From assembly GCF_000155895.1 (NCBI RefSeq), contig NZ_DS995298.1, positions 1,230,001 to 1,262,000 of the forward strand: a DNA stretch of 32,000 nt. The letters run 5' to 3'. The notes beneath the pieces are model-generated. The model had not been told where the DNA came from. It saw nothing but the letters and a program-made list of their open reading frames with translations, and searched no databases. The position numbers and the translations under genes were made by a program. Positions 7,944 to 16,612 of the stretch are shown piece by piece. This DNA is from Candidatus Pelagibacter sp. HTCC7211 (lineage in GTDB: Bacteria; Pseudomonadota; Alphaproteobacteria; Pelagibacterales; Pelagibacteraceae). Position 1 is the first letter of the stretch; each line of letters opens with the position of its first letter.

Positions 7944-10613
7944 TTAAATCATATTTCTTAATACGTATTGAAGTATGCCTCCATTTTTATAGTATTCTAA
8001 TTCATTTTTAGTATCAATTCTGCATAAAGTTTTAATTTTTTTAATATCACCAGATGCATATTTGATTTCTAAACTTACTTCATCAGATGGATTAACGCCT
8101 TTTTCTAAACCAATAACACTTATTAATTCAGATCCAACTAAATTTAAATTTTTTCTATTAATATTATCTTTAAATTGTAATGGTAAAATTCCCATTCCAA
8201 TCAAATTAGACCTATGAATTCGTTCAAAACTTTCAGCAATTACTGCTTTAACACCTAATAATTTAGTTCCTTTTGCAGCCCAGTCCCTAGAGGATCCTGT
8301 TCCATATTCTTTTCCACCAATAACGACTAAATCTGTTCCTCTTTTTTTATATTCCACAACGGCATCATATACAGGTAACACTTTTTCTTCAGGATATAAT
8401 TTTGTGAATCCACCTTCAGTTCCTGGAGCCATTTCATTTCTAATTCTGATATTTGCAAATGTTCCTCTCATCATTACTTCATGATTTCCTCTTCTTGATC
8501 CATATGAGTTATAATCCTTTGGTAGAATCTGGTGCTCCATAAAATATTCTCCTGTAGGACTATCTTTTTGAATATTTCCTGCTGGTGATATGTGATCTGT
8601 AGTAACCATATCTCCTAAAATTAATAAAGGTCTTGCATCTTTAATTGGTTTAAATCCCTCTGGTTGATCAGAAAGTTTATCAAAGAATGGTGGTTTCTTT
8701 ACATAAGTTGATCCTTCATCCCAATTATAAATACTACTTTCTTCTGTTTTAATTTTTTGCCATTGACTAGGTCCTTCAGAAACATTTGAATATCTTTTAA
8801 TAAACATTTCAGCATTTAAAGATTGTTTCAAAGTATCTTCTATTTCTTCATTAGTCGGCCAAATATCTTTTAAATAAATACTATTTCCCTCTTTGTCTTT
8901 ACCCAGAGCATCTTTATAAAGATCAAATTCCATATGACCTGCTAAAGCATAAGCTACTACTAATGGAGGCGAAGCTAGATAATTAGCTTTAATATGTGGA
9001 GAAATTCGTCCCTCAAAATTTCTATTTCCTGATAAGACTGATACTGCGTATATATTTTCTTTTTGGATAGCATCAACAATATTTTCAGGTAACGGACCTG
9101 AATTACCAATGCAGGTCGTACATCCATAACCCACTAAATTAAAACCAAGTTTATCAAGGTAAGTGTTTAATCCAGCTTTTTCTAAGTAATCAGTAACTAC
9201 TTGTGAACCTGGTGCTAATGAAGTCTTTACCCATGGCTTTACTTTTAATCCTAATTCAACAGCTTTTTTTGCAAGTAATCCAGCACCAATTAATACGTTA
9301 GGGTTAGATGTATTAGTGCAGGAAGTAATCGCTGCTATTAAAATTGATCCATCTTTAATTTCATAATCTGTATCAGAAACTTTTGAGATAGATTGATTTT
9401 TTCTACTTGTTGCTTCCTCAAAAACTTTTTTAAATGAAGTTGCTGCCTCTGTTAATAAAACTTTGTCTTGTGGTCTTTTAGGTCCTGAAATTGTAGGAAC
9501 AACTGTAGACATATCTAAAGATATAGTATCTGTAAATTCTATTTCATTGCTTGCCCATAAGCCTTGTTCTTTTGCATATTTTTCAACAATATCTACAGTA
9601 TGTTGATCTCTTCCTGAGAATTTTAAATACTTTAAGGTTTCATCATCTATTGGAAAAAATCCACATGTAGCCCCATACTCAGGCGCCATATTTGCAATTG
9701 TAGCTCTATCTGCTAATGTTAGATTTTTTAAACCTACTCCATAAAATTCAACAAATTTACCAACCACACCTTTATCTCTTAACATTTTTACAACTGTCAA
9801 AACAAGATCTGTAGCTGTTGTGCCTTCAGGCATTTTATTTTTTACTTCAAAACCAATTACTTCTGGTATTAACATTGATATAGGTTGGCCCAACATTCCT
9901 GCTTCTGCTTCAATTCCACCAACACCCCAACCTAGTACTGATAATCCGTTGACCATAGTTGTATGACTATCTGTGCCAACTAATGTATCTGGGAATAAAT
10001 ATTTTTCTCCTTCAAATTCTTCAGTCCAAACAACTTTTGAAAGATATTCTAAATTTACTTGGTGACAAATTCCTGTTCCTGGAGGAACTATTCTAAAATT
10101 ATTAAATGCTTGTTGTCCCCATTTTAAAAAAGAGTATCTTTCACCATTTCTCTCAAACTCAATATCTACATTTTTTTCAAAAGAATCTGAATTAGCTGAT
10201 TTATCAACTTGTACCGAGTGATCTATTACTAAATCAACTGCTGATAATGGGTTGATTGTATTTGGATCTTTGTTTTTATCTTTTACTGCCTCTCTCATTG
10301 CGGCTAAGTCAGCAACAGCGGGAATACCTGTATAATCTTGAAGTAAAACTCTAGCAGGTCGATATGCAATTTCAGTATTTGATTTTTTTGATTTTAACCA
10401 TTCTTTAATTGAATTAATTTGGTTTTTGTTTACCGATAGATCATCTTCGTATCTTAAAAGATTTTCTAATAAAACCTTTAACGACTTAGGAAGTTTAGAA
10501 ATGCCAGTTAGGCCGTTTTGTTCAGCTTCTTTTAAAGAATAATATTTATATTCTTTATTATCGATTGAGATATTTTTTAGAGTATTATAAGAATTTTTTG
10601 TACCCGGTGTCAT
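7944..10613 (-). CDS. acnA: Aconitate hydratase A
   Basis: 889 aa. Motifs VGTDSHTTM, IAAITSCTNTSNP, GYGCTTCIGNSG, SGNRNFEGR, DMVTTDHISPAG and GKEYGTGSSRDWAAKG include the Fe-S cluster cysteines and substrate-binding residues. Confidence 0.95.
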   Translation of the reverse strand: MTPGTKNSYNTLKNISIDNKEYKYYSLKEAEQNGLTGISKLPKSLKVLLENLLRYEDDLSVNKNQINSIKEWLKSKKSNTEIAYRPARVLLQDYTGIPAVADLAAMREAVKDKNKDPNTINPLSAVDLVIDHSVQVDKSANSDSFEKNVDIEFERNGERYSFLKWGQQAFNNFRIVPPGTGICHQVNLEYLSKVVWTEEFEGEKYLFPDTLVGTDSHTTMVNGLSVLGWGVGGIEAEAGMLGQPISMLIPEVIGFEVKNKMPEGTTATDLVLTVVKMLRDKGVVGKFVEFYGVGLKNLTLADRATIANMAPEYGATCGFFPIDDETLKYLKFSGRDQHTVDIVEKYAKEQGLWASNEIEFTDTISLDMSTVVPTISGPKRPQDKVLLTEAATSFKKVFEEATSRKNQSISKVSDTDYEIKDGSILIAAITSCTNTSNPNVLIGAGLLAKKAVELGLKVKPWVKTSLAPGSQVVTDYLEKAGLNTYLDKLGFNLVGYGCTTCIGNSGPLPENIVDAIQKENIYAVSVLSGNRNFEGRISPHIKANYLASPPLVVAYALAGHMEFDLYKDALGKDKEGNSIYLKDIWPTNEEIEDTLKQSLNAEMFIKRYSNVSEGPSQWQKIKTEESSIYNWDEGSTYVKKPPFFDKLSDQPEGFKPIKDARPLLILGDMVTTDHISPAGNIQKDSPTGEYFMEHQILPKDYNSYGSRRGNHEVMMRGTFANIRIRNEMAPGTEGGFTKLYPEEKVLPVYDAVVEYKKRGTDLVVIGGKEYGTGSSRDWAAKGTKLLGVKAVIAESFERIHRSNLIGMGILPLQFKDNINRKNLNLVGSELISVIGLEKGVNPSDEVSLEIKYASGDIKKIKTLCRIDTKNELEYYKNGGILQYVLRNMI

Positions 10614-10614
10614 A

Positions 10615-11208
10615 TTATAAATAAAAAGTTATTATGCTTAATAAAAGAAGCAGTGACATAACATAATTAAAATAATTAATAAATTTCTGATTTGTCGCAA
10701 ATTTCCTAAGAAATTTACCCATAAACGTCCAAAGGGTAATACTTGTGACCGAAACTAGTAATGCAAGAACAAGAATTTGAGTCGTATAATTCACAAAGTT
10801 CTCTCCTGGATTTATATAAGTAGAAACAACAATTACTGCCGCAATCACTCCCTTTGGATTTAAAAATTGAAAAATAAAAGTTTCTATAAATTTGACAGGA
10901 TTTTTATTTTTGTTTTCTTGTTTTGTAGATCCTGAAAATGAAATCTTATAAGCTAAATAAATTAAAAATAATGTTCCAAGATATTTTAGTATCTCTTGAA
11001 CTAGTGGATATAATTTAAATACATTTATTAACCCTAAAGCTAAACATAATAAAAGAAAGGGGAAGCCTAAAGTAACTCCAATAATATGCGGAAGTGTTCT
11101 TTTAATTCCAAAATTAAATCCAGAATAAAATGCTACAAAATTATTTGGTCCGGGCGTGAATGCAGCAACTATTCCAAACAACGTAATTGATAAAATTTCT
11201 GGATGCAT
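10615..11208 (-). CDS. LysE/RhtB family amino-acid exporter
   Basis: 197 aa with about six hydrophobic segments and the N-terminal FTPGPNN motif typical of LysE/RhtB translocators. Confidence 0.8.
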   Translation of the reverse strand: MHPEILSITLFGIVAAFTPGPNNFVAFYSGFNFGIKRTLPHIIGVTLGFPFLLLCLALGLINVFKLYPLVQEILKYLGTLFLIYLAYKISFSGSTKQENKNKNPVKFIETFIFQFLNPKGVIAAVIVVSTYINPGENFVNYTTQILVLALLVSVTSITLWTFMGKFLRKFATNQKFINYFNYVMSLLLLLSIITFYL

Positions 11209-11210
11209 TA

Positions 11211-11552
11211 TTAAGCAATTGGTAAACCATTCTCTGACTTTTGAGATGGATGAACTAATATAACTTTTCCCTCTTTATCTATAGATCCTAAAATCAATAC
11301 TTGAGACACAACACCAGCAATATTTTTTTCAGCAAAATTACATACTCCAATTACTTGTTTTCCTTTGAGATTTTCTTCATTGTAATAATGAGTAATTTGA
11401 GCAGATGATTGTTTAATTCCAATCTCTTCACCAAAGTCAACTTCAACAACTAGTGATGGTTTTCTAGCTTTTTCATTTTTCTTAACAGAGATAACTGTTC
11501 CAACACGAATGTCCACTTTGTCAAAAATATCATATGTAATTTGTTCTTTCAT
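11211..11552 (-). CDS. csaA: tRNA-binding domain protein (CsaA-like)
   Basis: 113 aa. FDKVDIRVGTVISV...VDFGEEIG.KQSSAQIT...L.GKQVIGVCNF matches the CsaA / EMAP-type tRNA-binding OB fold. Confidence 0.75.
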   Translation of the reverse strand: MKEQITYDIFDKVDIRVGTVISVKKNEKARKPSLVVEVDFGEEIGIKQSSAQITHYYNEENLKGKQVIGVCNFAEKNIAGVVSQVLILGSIDKEGKVILVHPSQKSENGLPIA

Positions 11553-11570
11553 ATAATTAATATATAATGG

Positions 11571-12770
11571 ATGAAAAATATGAGTACAGAAAATAATTCA
11601 GAACTTTTATATAATAATTCTATTAAAATTTTAACAGACCTAATTGGTTTCAAAACTATATCTGGTGAAGATAACACTGCTTTAATTGATTACTGTGATG
11701 ATATCTTAAAAAAATTAGGTGCTACTTCTTTTAGAACATATGATGATGAAAAAAAAAGAGTAAATCTATTTGCAACTCTTAAAGCAAAAAATTCAAATAA
11801 TAAAAAACCAATAATTTTATCAGGACATACTGATGTTGTTCCAGTTTCAAAAGGTTGGAGCTCAGATCCTTTTACTGCAACAATAAGAGAAGATAAATTA
11901 TATGGAAGAGGTTCATGCGATATGAAAGGTTTTATTGCATGTGCTTTAGCTTATGCGCCTATTTACTCAAAATCTAATTTAGATAGAGACATTCATTTTT
12001 CTTTTACCTTTGATGAAGAAACAGCATGTATAGGAGCTCCTATATTAATAGAAGAATTGAAAAGAAGAAATATTAAAGACGGTATTTGTATAGTTGGAGA
12101 ACCAACTAACATGAAAATTATTGATGCTCATAAAGGATGTTATGAATATACAACATATTTTAAAGGTTTAGCAGGTCATAGTTCAGCACCTCATAAAGGT
12201 GTAAGTGCTGTTGAATATGCATCAAGATATGTAAATAAATTAATTGAATTAAGAAAAAAACTTAAAGAGAGAGTGCCTCAAGACTCAATTTTTGATCCTC
12301 CACACTCTACTTTATCTATTGGTGGAATATTTGGCGGTATAGCTCACAATGTAATAGCAGACAAATGCCATGTTAATTGGGAAACAAGACCTGTTGTAAA
12401 AGAAGATGGTATATTTTTAAATCAAGAAATAGATAAATATGCAAATGAAGTTTTACTTCCAGATATGAAAAAAGTTTTTACTAATGCCTCAATCGAAAAA
12501 AAAATTATAGGAGAAATAATTGGATTTGATAGAAAAGATAAATCAGATGCTTGTGAATTTATCTCAAGTTTAACTGGTGATAATTCTAGACAAGTCGTTT
12601 CTTTTGGAACTGAAGCTGGGTTGTATCAGGAAATTGGAATTAGCACTGTTGTTTGTGGACCAGGATCAATTGAACAAGCACATAAAATTGATGAATTTAT
12701 AGTTCTAGATGAACTCAAAAAATGTATTAACCTTTTGGATGGGATTAAAAATAATTCTATTGTTAATTAA
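11571..12770 (+). CDS. M20-family deacylase, acetylornithine deacetylase (ArgE)-like
   Basis: Motifs SGHTDVVP, GWSSDPF, LYGRGSCDMKG, FTFDEE and GEPT are the M20 metal ligands and ArgE-type pattern. An alternative start exists at ATG 11580 (MKNM...). Confidence 0.75.
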   Translation: MKNMSTENNSELLYNNSIKILTDLIGFKTISGEDNTALIDYCDDILKKLGATSFRTYDDEKKRVNLFATLKAKNSNNKKPIILSGHTDVVPVSKGWSSDPFTATIREDKLYGRGSCDMKGFIACALAYAPIYSKSNLDRDIHFSFTFDEETACIGAPILIEELKRRNIKDGICIVGEPTNMKIIDAHKGCYEYTTYFKGLAGHSSAPHKGVSAVEYASRYVNKLIELRKKLKERVPQDSIFDPPHSTLSIGGIFGGIAHNVIADKCHVNWETRPVVKEDGIFLNQEIDKYANEVLLPDMKKVFTNASIEKKIIGEIIGFDRKDKSDACEFISSLTGDNSRQVVSFGTEAGLYQEIGISTVVCGPGSIEQAHKIDEFIVLDELKKCINLLDGIKNNSIVN

Positions 12771-14203
12771 TTATTCCAACCACTAACAGCTTTAACTTCT
12801 AGGAATTCCTCTAAGCCAAGTTTGCCAGCTTCACGTCCAATACCTGAATGCTTGTATCCACCAAAAGGTGCATCTGGTGCTAAACCTGCACCATTAATAT
12901 CAACCATTCCAGATCTAAGTCTTCTTGCAACTCTATTGGCTTTTTCTTGATCTTGAGTTTGGATAAAGTTTAAAAGTCCATAAGGAGTATCATTTGCAAT
13001 TGAAATTGCTTCTTCCTCAGTTTCAAATGGTATAATCGATAAAACAGGTCCAAAAATTTCAGTTCTTGCAATCTGCATTTGATTATTTACATCTGCAAAA
13101 GCTGTAGGTTTTACAAAATATCCTTTATCTAAACCATCAGGTTTACCCGTTCCTCCAGCAACTAATTTTGCACCTTCATCAATTCCAACTTGAATTAAGG
13201 ATTGAATTTTATCAAATTGAGTTTTTGATACAACAGGTCCAATATGATCACCTTCTTTAGTTGCAACATCAACTTTCATTGAATTAGCAAAGTTTTTTAC
13301 TCTTTCAACAGTCTCATCATAAATAGATTTCTCAACTAACATTCTGGTAGGTGCATTACAAGATTGCCCCGTATTTCTAAAACATCTTAAAGCGCCTCTT
13401 TCAACTGCCTCAGCGTCAGCATCTTTAAAAATTATATTGGCACCCTTTCCTCCTAATTCTAAACTAACTCTTTTAAAATCATTCGCTGCATTTTGTGAAA
13501 TTAAAGCTCCTGCTCTAGTTGATCCTGTAAATGAAATCATATTTACATCTGGATGACTTGTTAAGGCGTTTCCAGTTACAGCTCCATCTCCATTTACTAA
13601 ATTAAAAACACCTTTTGGTAATTTTATTTCATCAATCATCTCTGCTAAAATCATTGAAGATAATGGTGCAATTTCTGAAGGTTTTAAAACCATCGTACAT
13701 CCTGCTGCAATTGCAGGAATTACTTTTAAACAAGTCTGATTCATTGGCCAATTCCAAGGAGTAATTAAAGCACAAACACCTTTTGGCTCATGCAAAATAT
13801 TATTATTGGGAGCATGATCACCTAAAATTTTTTCAAAATTATATTCTTTTAAAACTTTGATATAAGACTTAATGTGACTAGCACCAGTTCCAGCTTGTAA
13901 TTGAGTTGAAAAATCAATTGGCGCACCCATTTCTAAAGATATAGCTTTAGCCATATCGGCCCATCTCTTTTTATAAAGTACATAAAGAGCTTCAAGATAT
14001 TTTAGTCTTTCTTCTTTTGAGGAAAAAGCCCATGTTTCAAAAGCTTTTGTTGCTGCACTTACTGCATCATTTACATCTTCAGCTCCACCTAAAGATATTA
14101 CTGCACACTCCTCTTCGGTTGATGGATCAATTACCGTCAAGTCATTTGGTTTTTTGGGAGAAACCCATTCACCGTTAATATAAAATTTTTTTTGATCTAA
14201 CAT
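12767..14203 (-). CDS. NAD(P)+-dependent aldehyde dehydrogenase
   Basis: 478 aa. Motifs ITPWNWP, FTGST, LELGGKG, GQSCNAPTR (catalytic Cys), EIFGPV and PFGGYKHSGIGRE. An AAGGA Shine-Dalgarno-like element lies in the 20-nt spacer upstream. Confidence 0.9.
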   Translation of the reverse strand: MLDQKKFYINGEWVSPKKPNDLTVIDPSTEEECAVISLGGAEDVNDAVSAATKAFETWAFSSKEERLKYLEALYVLYKKRWADMAKAISLEMGAPIDFSTQLQAGTGASHIKSYIKVLKEYNFEKILGDHAPNNNILHEPKGVCALITPWNWPMNQTCLKVIPAIAAGCTMVLKPSEIAPLSSMILAEMIDEIKLPKGVFNLVNGDGAVTGNALTSHPDVNMISFTGSTRAGALISQNAANDFKRVSLELGGKGANIIFKDADAEAVERGALRCFRNTGQSCNAPTRMLVEKSIYDETVERVKNFANSMKVDVATKEGDHIGPVVSKTQFDKIQSLIQVGIDEGAKLVAGGTGKPDGLDKGYFVKPTAFADVNNQMQIARTEIFGPVLSIIPFETEEEAISIANDTPYGLLNFIQTQDQEKANRVARRLRSGMVDINGAGLAPDAPFGGYKHSGIGREAGKLGLEEFLEVKAVSGWNN

Positions 14204-14223
14204 TTTGAGAAACTATCCTTTCT

Positions 14224-15183
14224 TTATGATTTTGCAAATAAATTTGTAAGTTCGTATACGATTGTTGCAGCTGCAAGTGAAGTAACTTCAGCATGGTCGT
14301 AAGCAGGTGAAACTTCAACTACATCTGCTGATACTAAATTTAATCCAGATAATCCTCTTAGAACATTAACCATTTCTCTAGTTGTCATACCTGCAATCTC
14401 TGGTGTGCCTGTTCCAGGCGCAAAAGCTGGATCAAGAACATCAATATCAATTGATAAATATAAAGGGTTATCACCGACTCTTTTTTTAATTCTTTCTGCA
14501 ATTTTATCTGTTCCCTCTGTTTGAAATTCATCACAATGAATTATCTTAAATCCAAAACTTTCATCATTTTTAATATCATCTCTACTATAAAGTGGACCTC
14601 TGATACCAACATGCATAGAAGCATCGTCTAAAAATAATCCCTCTTCTCTTGCTCTTCTAAAAGGAGTGCCATGTGTGTATGGGGCACCAAAATAAGTATC
14701 CCAAGTATCAAGATGAGCATCAAAATGAACTAATGCAACCGGTCCATTACATTTTTTATTAATTGCTCTAAGTAGTGGTACTGCAATTGTATGATCTCCA
14801 CCTAAACTAATAATACCTCCTACTTTATTTAATAAGTCGGTTGCTCCAACTTCTATTTGTTTTATTGCTTCATCAATACTGAAAGGGTTACAAGTAATGT
14901 CACCAGCATCTGCTACTTGTTGTACTTTAAAAGGTTCAACGTCATAACTTGGATGAAAATTTGTTCTTAAATGACGTGAAGCTTGTCGAATACTTTGTGG
15001 GCCAAATCTTGCACCTGGTCGATAACTTGTACCCGCATCAAATGGGATACCTACAATTGCTACATCACAACTTTCAACATCTCTTAACTCTGGTAGTCTT
15101 GCAAATGTTGATGGTCCTGCAAATCTTGGAACTTTAGTTCCACTTACAGGTTGAATTGGATTTTTATTACGTTCTTTTTTCAT
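14224..15183 (-). CDS. Ureohydrolase family enzyme (agmatinase / guanidinobutyrase / guanidinopropionase type)
   Basis: 319 aa. Mn-ligand motifs GGDHTIA, HFDAHLD and SIDIDVLDPAFAPGTGTPE are present. Substrate specificity cannot be read from sequence alone. Confidence 0.85.
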   Translation of the reverse strand: MKKERNKNPIQPVSGTKVPRFAGPSTFARLPELRDVESCDVAIVGIPFDAGTSYRPGARFGPQSIRQASRHLRTNFHPSYDVEPFKVQQVADAGDITCNPFSIDEAIKQIEVGATDLLNKVGGIISLGGDHTIAVPLLRAINKKCNGPVALVHFDAHLDTWDTYFGAPYTHGTPFRRAREEGLFLDDASMHVGIRGPLYSRDDIKNDESFGFKIIHCDEFQTEGTDKIAERIKKRVGDNPLYLSIDIDVLDPAFAPGTGTPEIAGMTTREMVNVLRGLSGLNLVSADVVEVSPAYDHAEVTSLAAATIVYELTNLFAKS

Positions 15184-15239
15184 TTATAAACAAAATGTAC
15201 CACATTCTTTTTAAATCGAATATCATCTAAATTTAGATT

Positions 15240-15962
15240 ATGAGGATTTTTAAGCTAATTTTACTATTTTTTATTTTAATAACTCCAGTAAAGGCAAATA
15301 CAATTTATAATTTAATAAAAATTCCAAATTTAGAAATTTACGAATTAAAAACACCAAACAACCTAAAATATTTTTATGCTGAAAAACCTTTTAAGCTTGG
15401 TATTCATAAAAATATATCTTGCACAAATTCTAATAATCAAACTTATGATGAAAAATACAAAATAATTTCAAAAAATTTAAATAGATATTCAAAACAATTT
15501 TTAAAAAAAATTAATCTTAAATATATTGTAATGTGTGAAAATTTATCAATTTCAGGAATAAATACCGCAGGTATTCCTGATCATTTGATGAAAACTCTTA
15601 TTATTGATCTTGAGTTTAACGAAAAATATTTTGAAAGAGTAATTCATCATGAGTTATTTCATGTCATAAATGACGGATTTAAAGATCTTTTTAATGAAGA
15701 AGAGTGGAAATCATTTAATAATAAAAATTTTGAATATGCTGATTGCTCTACTTGTTCTAAGAAATTAGGGCTTGATACCTACCAAAAAACTAATGGTTTT
15801 TTCACTGAATATTCAAAAACAATACCCTCCGAGGATATGGCTGAAGTTTTCTCTCACTTAATAACAAATAAATATCAAGACACTAACGATAATATACTAA
15901 ATAAAAAAGTTGAATTTATAAAAGAAAAGATAAATGAGATTGATGCTACTTTTAATTTTTGA
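15240..15962 (+). CDS. Secreted hypothetical protein with an HExxH motif (putative Zn-metallopeptidase-like)
   Basis: N-terminal signal peptide (MRIFKLILLFFILITPVKA), then HHELFHV (HExxH) and a downstream SEDMAEVFSHL that could supply a further ligand. I do not recognise a named family. Confidence 0.5.
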   Translation: MRIFKLILLFFILITPVKANTIYNLIKIPNLEIYELKTPNNLKYFYAEKPFKLGIHKNISCTNSNNQTYDEKYKIISKNLNRYSKQFLKKINLKYIVMCENLSISGINTAGIPDHLMKTLIIDLEFNEKYFERVIHHELFHVINDGFKDLFNEEEWKSFNNKNFEYADCSTCSKKLGLDTYQKTNGFFTEYSKTIPSEDMAEVFSHLITNKYQDTNDNILNKKVEFIKEKINEIDATFNF

Positions 15963-16612
15963 TGATTAAAAAAGTTAAAGTAACCTTATCTGAAAAATTA
16001 ATACTCATTTTTCTTTTAATATTAGCAATTTTTGTATTAGGTTTTACAATAATAATTAAAAATAAATGTTTATTTGTTAAAGATTTCAATCCACAAACAA
16101 TTAACTTTGATAAGCCAGAAAATATTGTTGTACTTAATGTTGAATGTGGAAATGTAATTATTGAACTCTACCCAGAAGTATCTCCAAAAGCAGTTGAAAG
16201 ATTCAAGACATTAATAAAAACAAATTCATATGATAACGTTGCATTTCATCGAGTAATTAAACATAAATTAGTGCAAGCGGGAGATCTAGAGTATGGTAAA
16301 AAAAATAAATTAGATTACGGAAAAATAGGTACTGGAAAATCTGGTCTTGGAACAATTAATTCAGAAATTGATGCAGAGTTTGATTATAGAAAAGGAAGTG
16401 TTGGTCTAGCGCGAACCTTAAAATATAATACTGAAGATAGTCAATTCTTTATCATTCTTGATGACGAACCTTTGTTTGAAGGTGAATATACACCTATTGG
16501 AAAAGTAATTTATGGAATAAAAATTTTAGAAAAAATTAAATATTCTCATCGGTCTGAATATGTATTAAGACCAGATTTTATTAATACAATTAGAATGTAT
16601 GGAATTAATTAG
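15962..16612 (+). CDS. Cyclophilin-type peptidyl-prolyl cis-trans isomerase with an N-terminal membrane anchor
   Basis: Cyclophilin blocks IIELYPEVSPKAVERF, FHRVIK..VQAGD, GSVGLAR, SQFFI and IGKVIYG follow a transmembrane segment (LILIFLLILAIFVLGFTIII). I use ATG 15962 (1-nt TGATG overlap with the upstream stop) rather than the TTG at 15959 in the ORF track. Confidence 0.85.
   Translation: MIKKVKVTLSEKLILIFLLILAIFVLGFTIIIKNKCLFVKDFNPQTINFDKPENIVVLNVECGNVIIELYPEVSPKAVERFKTLIKTNSYDNVAFHRVIKHKLVQAGDLEYGKKNKLDYGKIGTGKSGLGTINSEIDAEFDYRKGSVGLARTLKYNTEDSQFFIILDDEPLFEGEYTPIGKVIYGIKILEKIKYSHRSEYVLRPDFINTIRMYGIN

Noticed and set aside
14949-15137. 62-aa plus-strand ORF inside the ureohydrolase gene
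   Set aside because: It is antisense to a well-supported CDS, is short and has no motifs.
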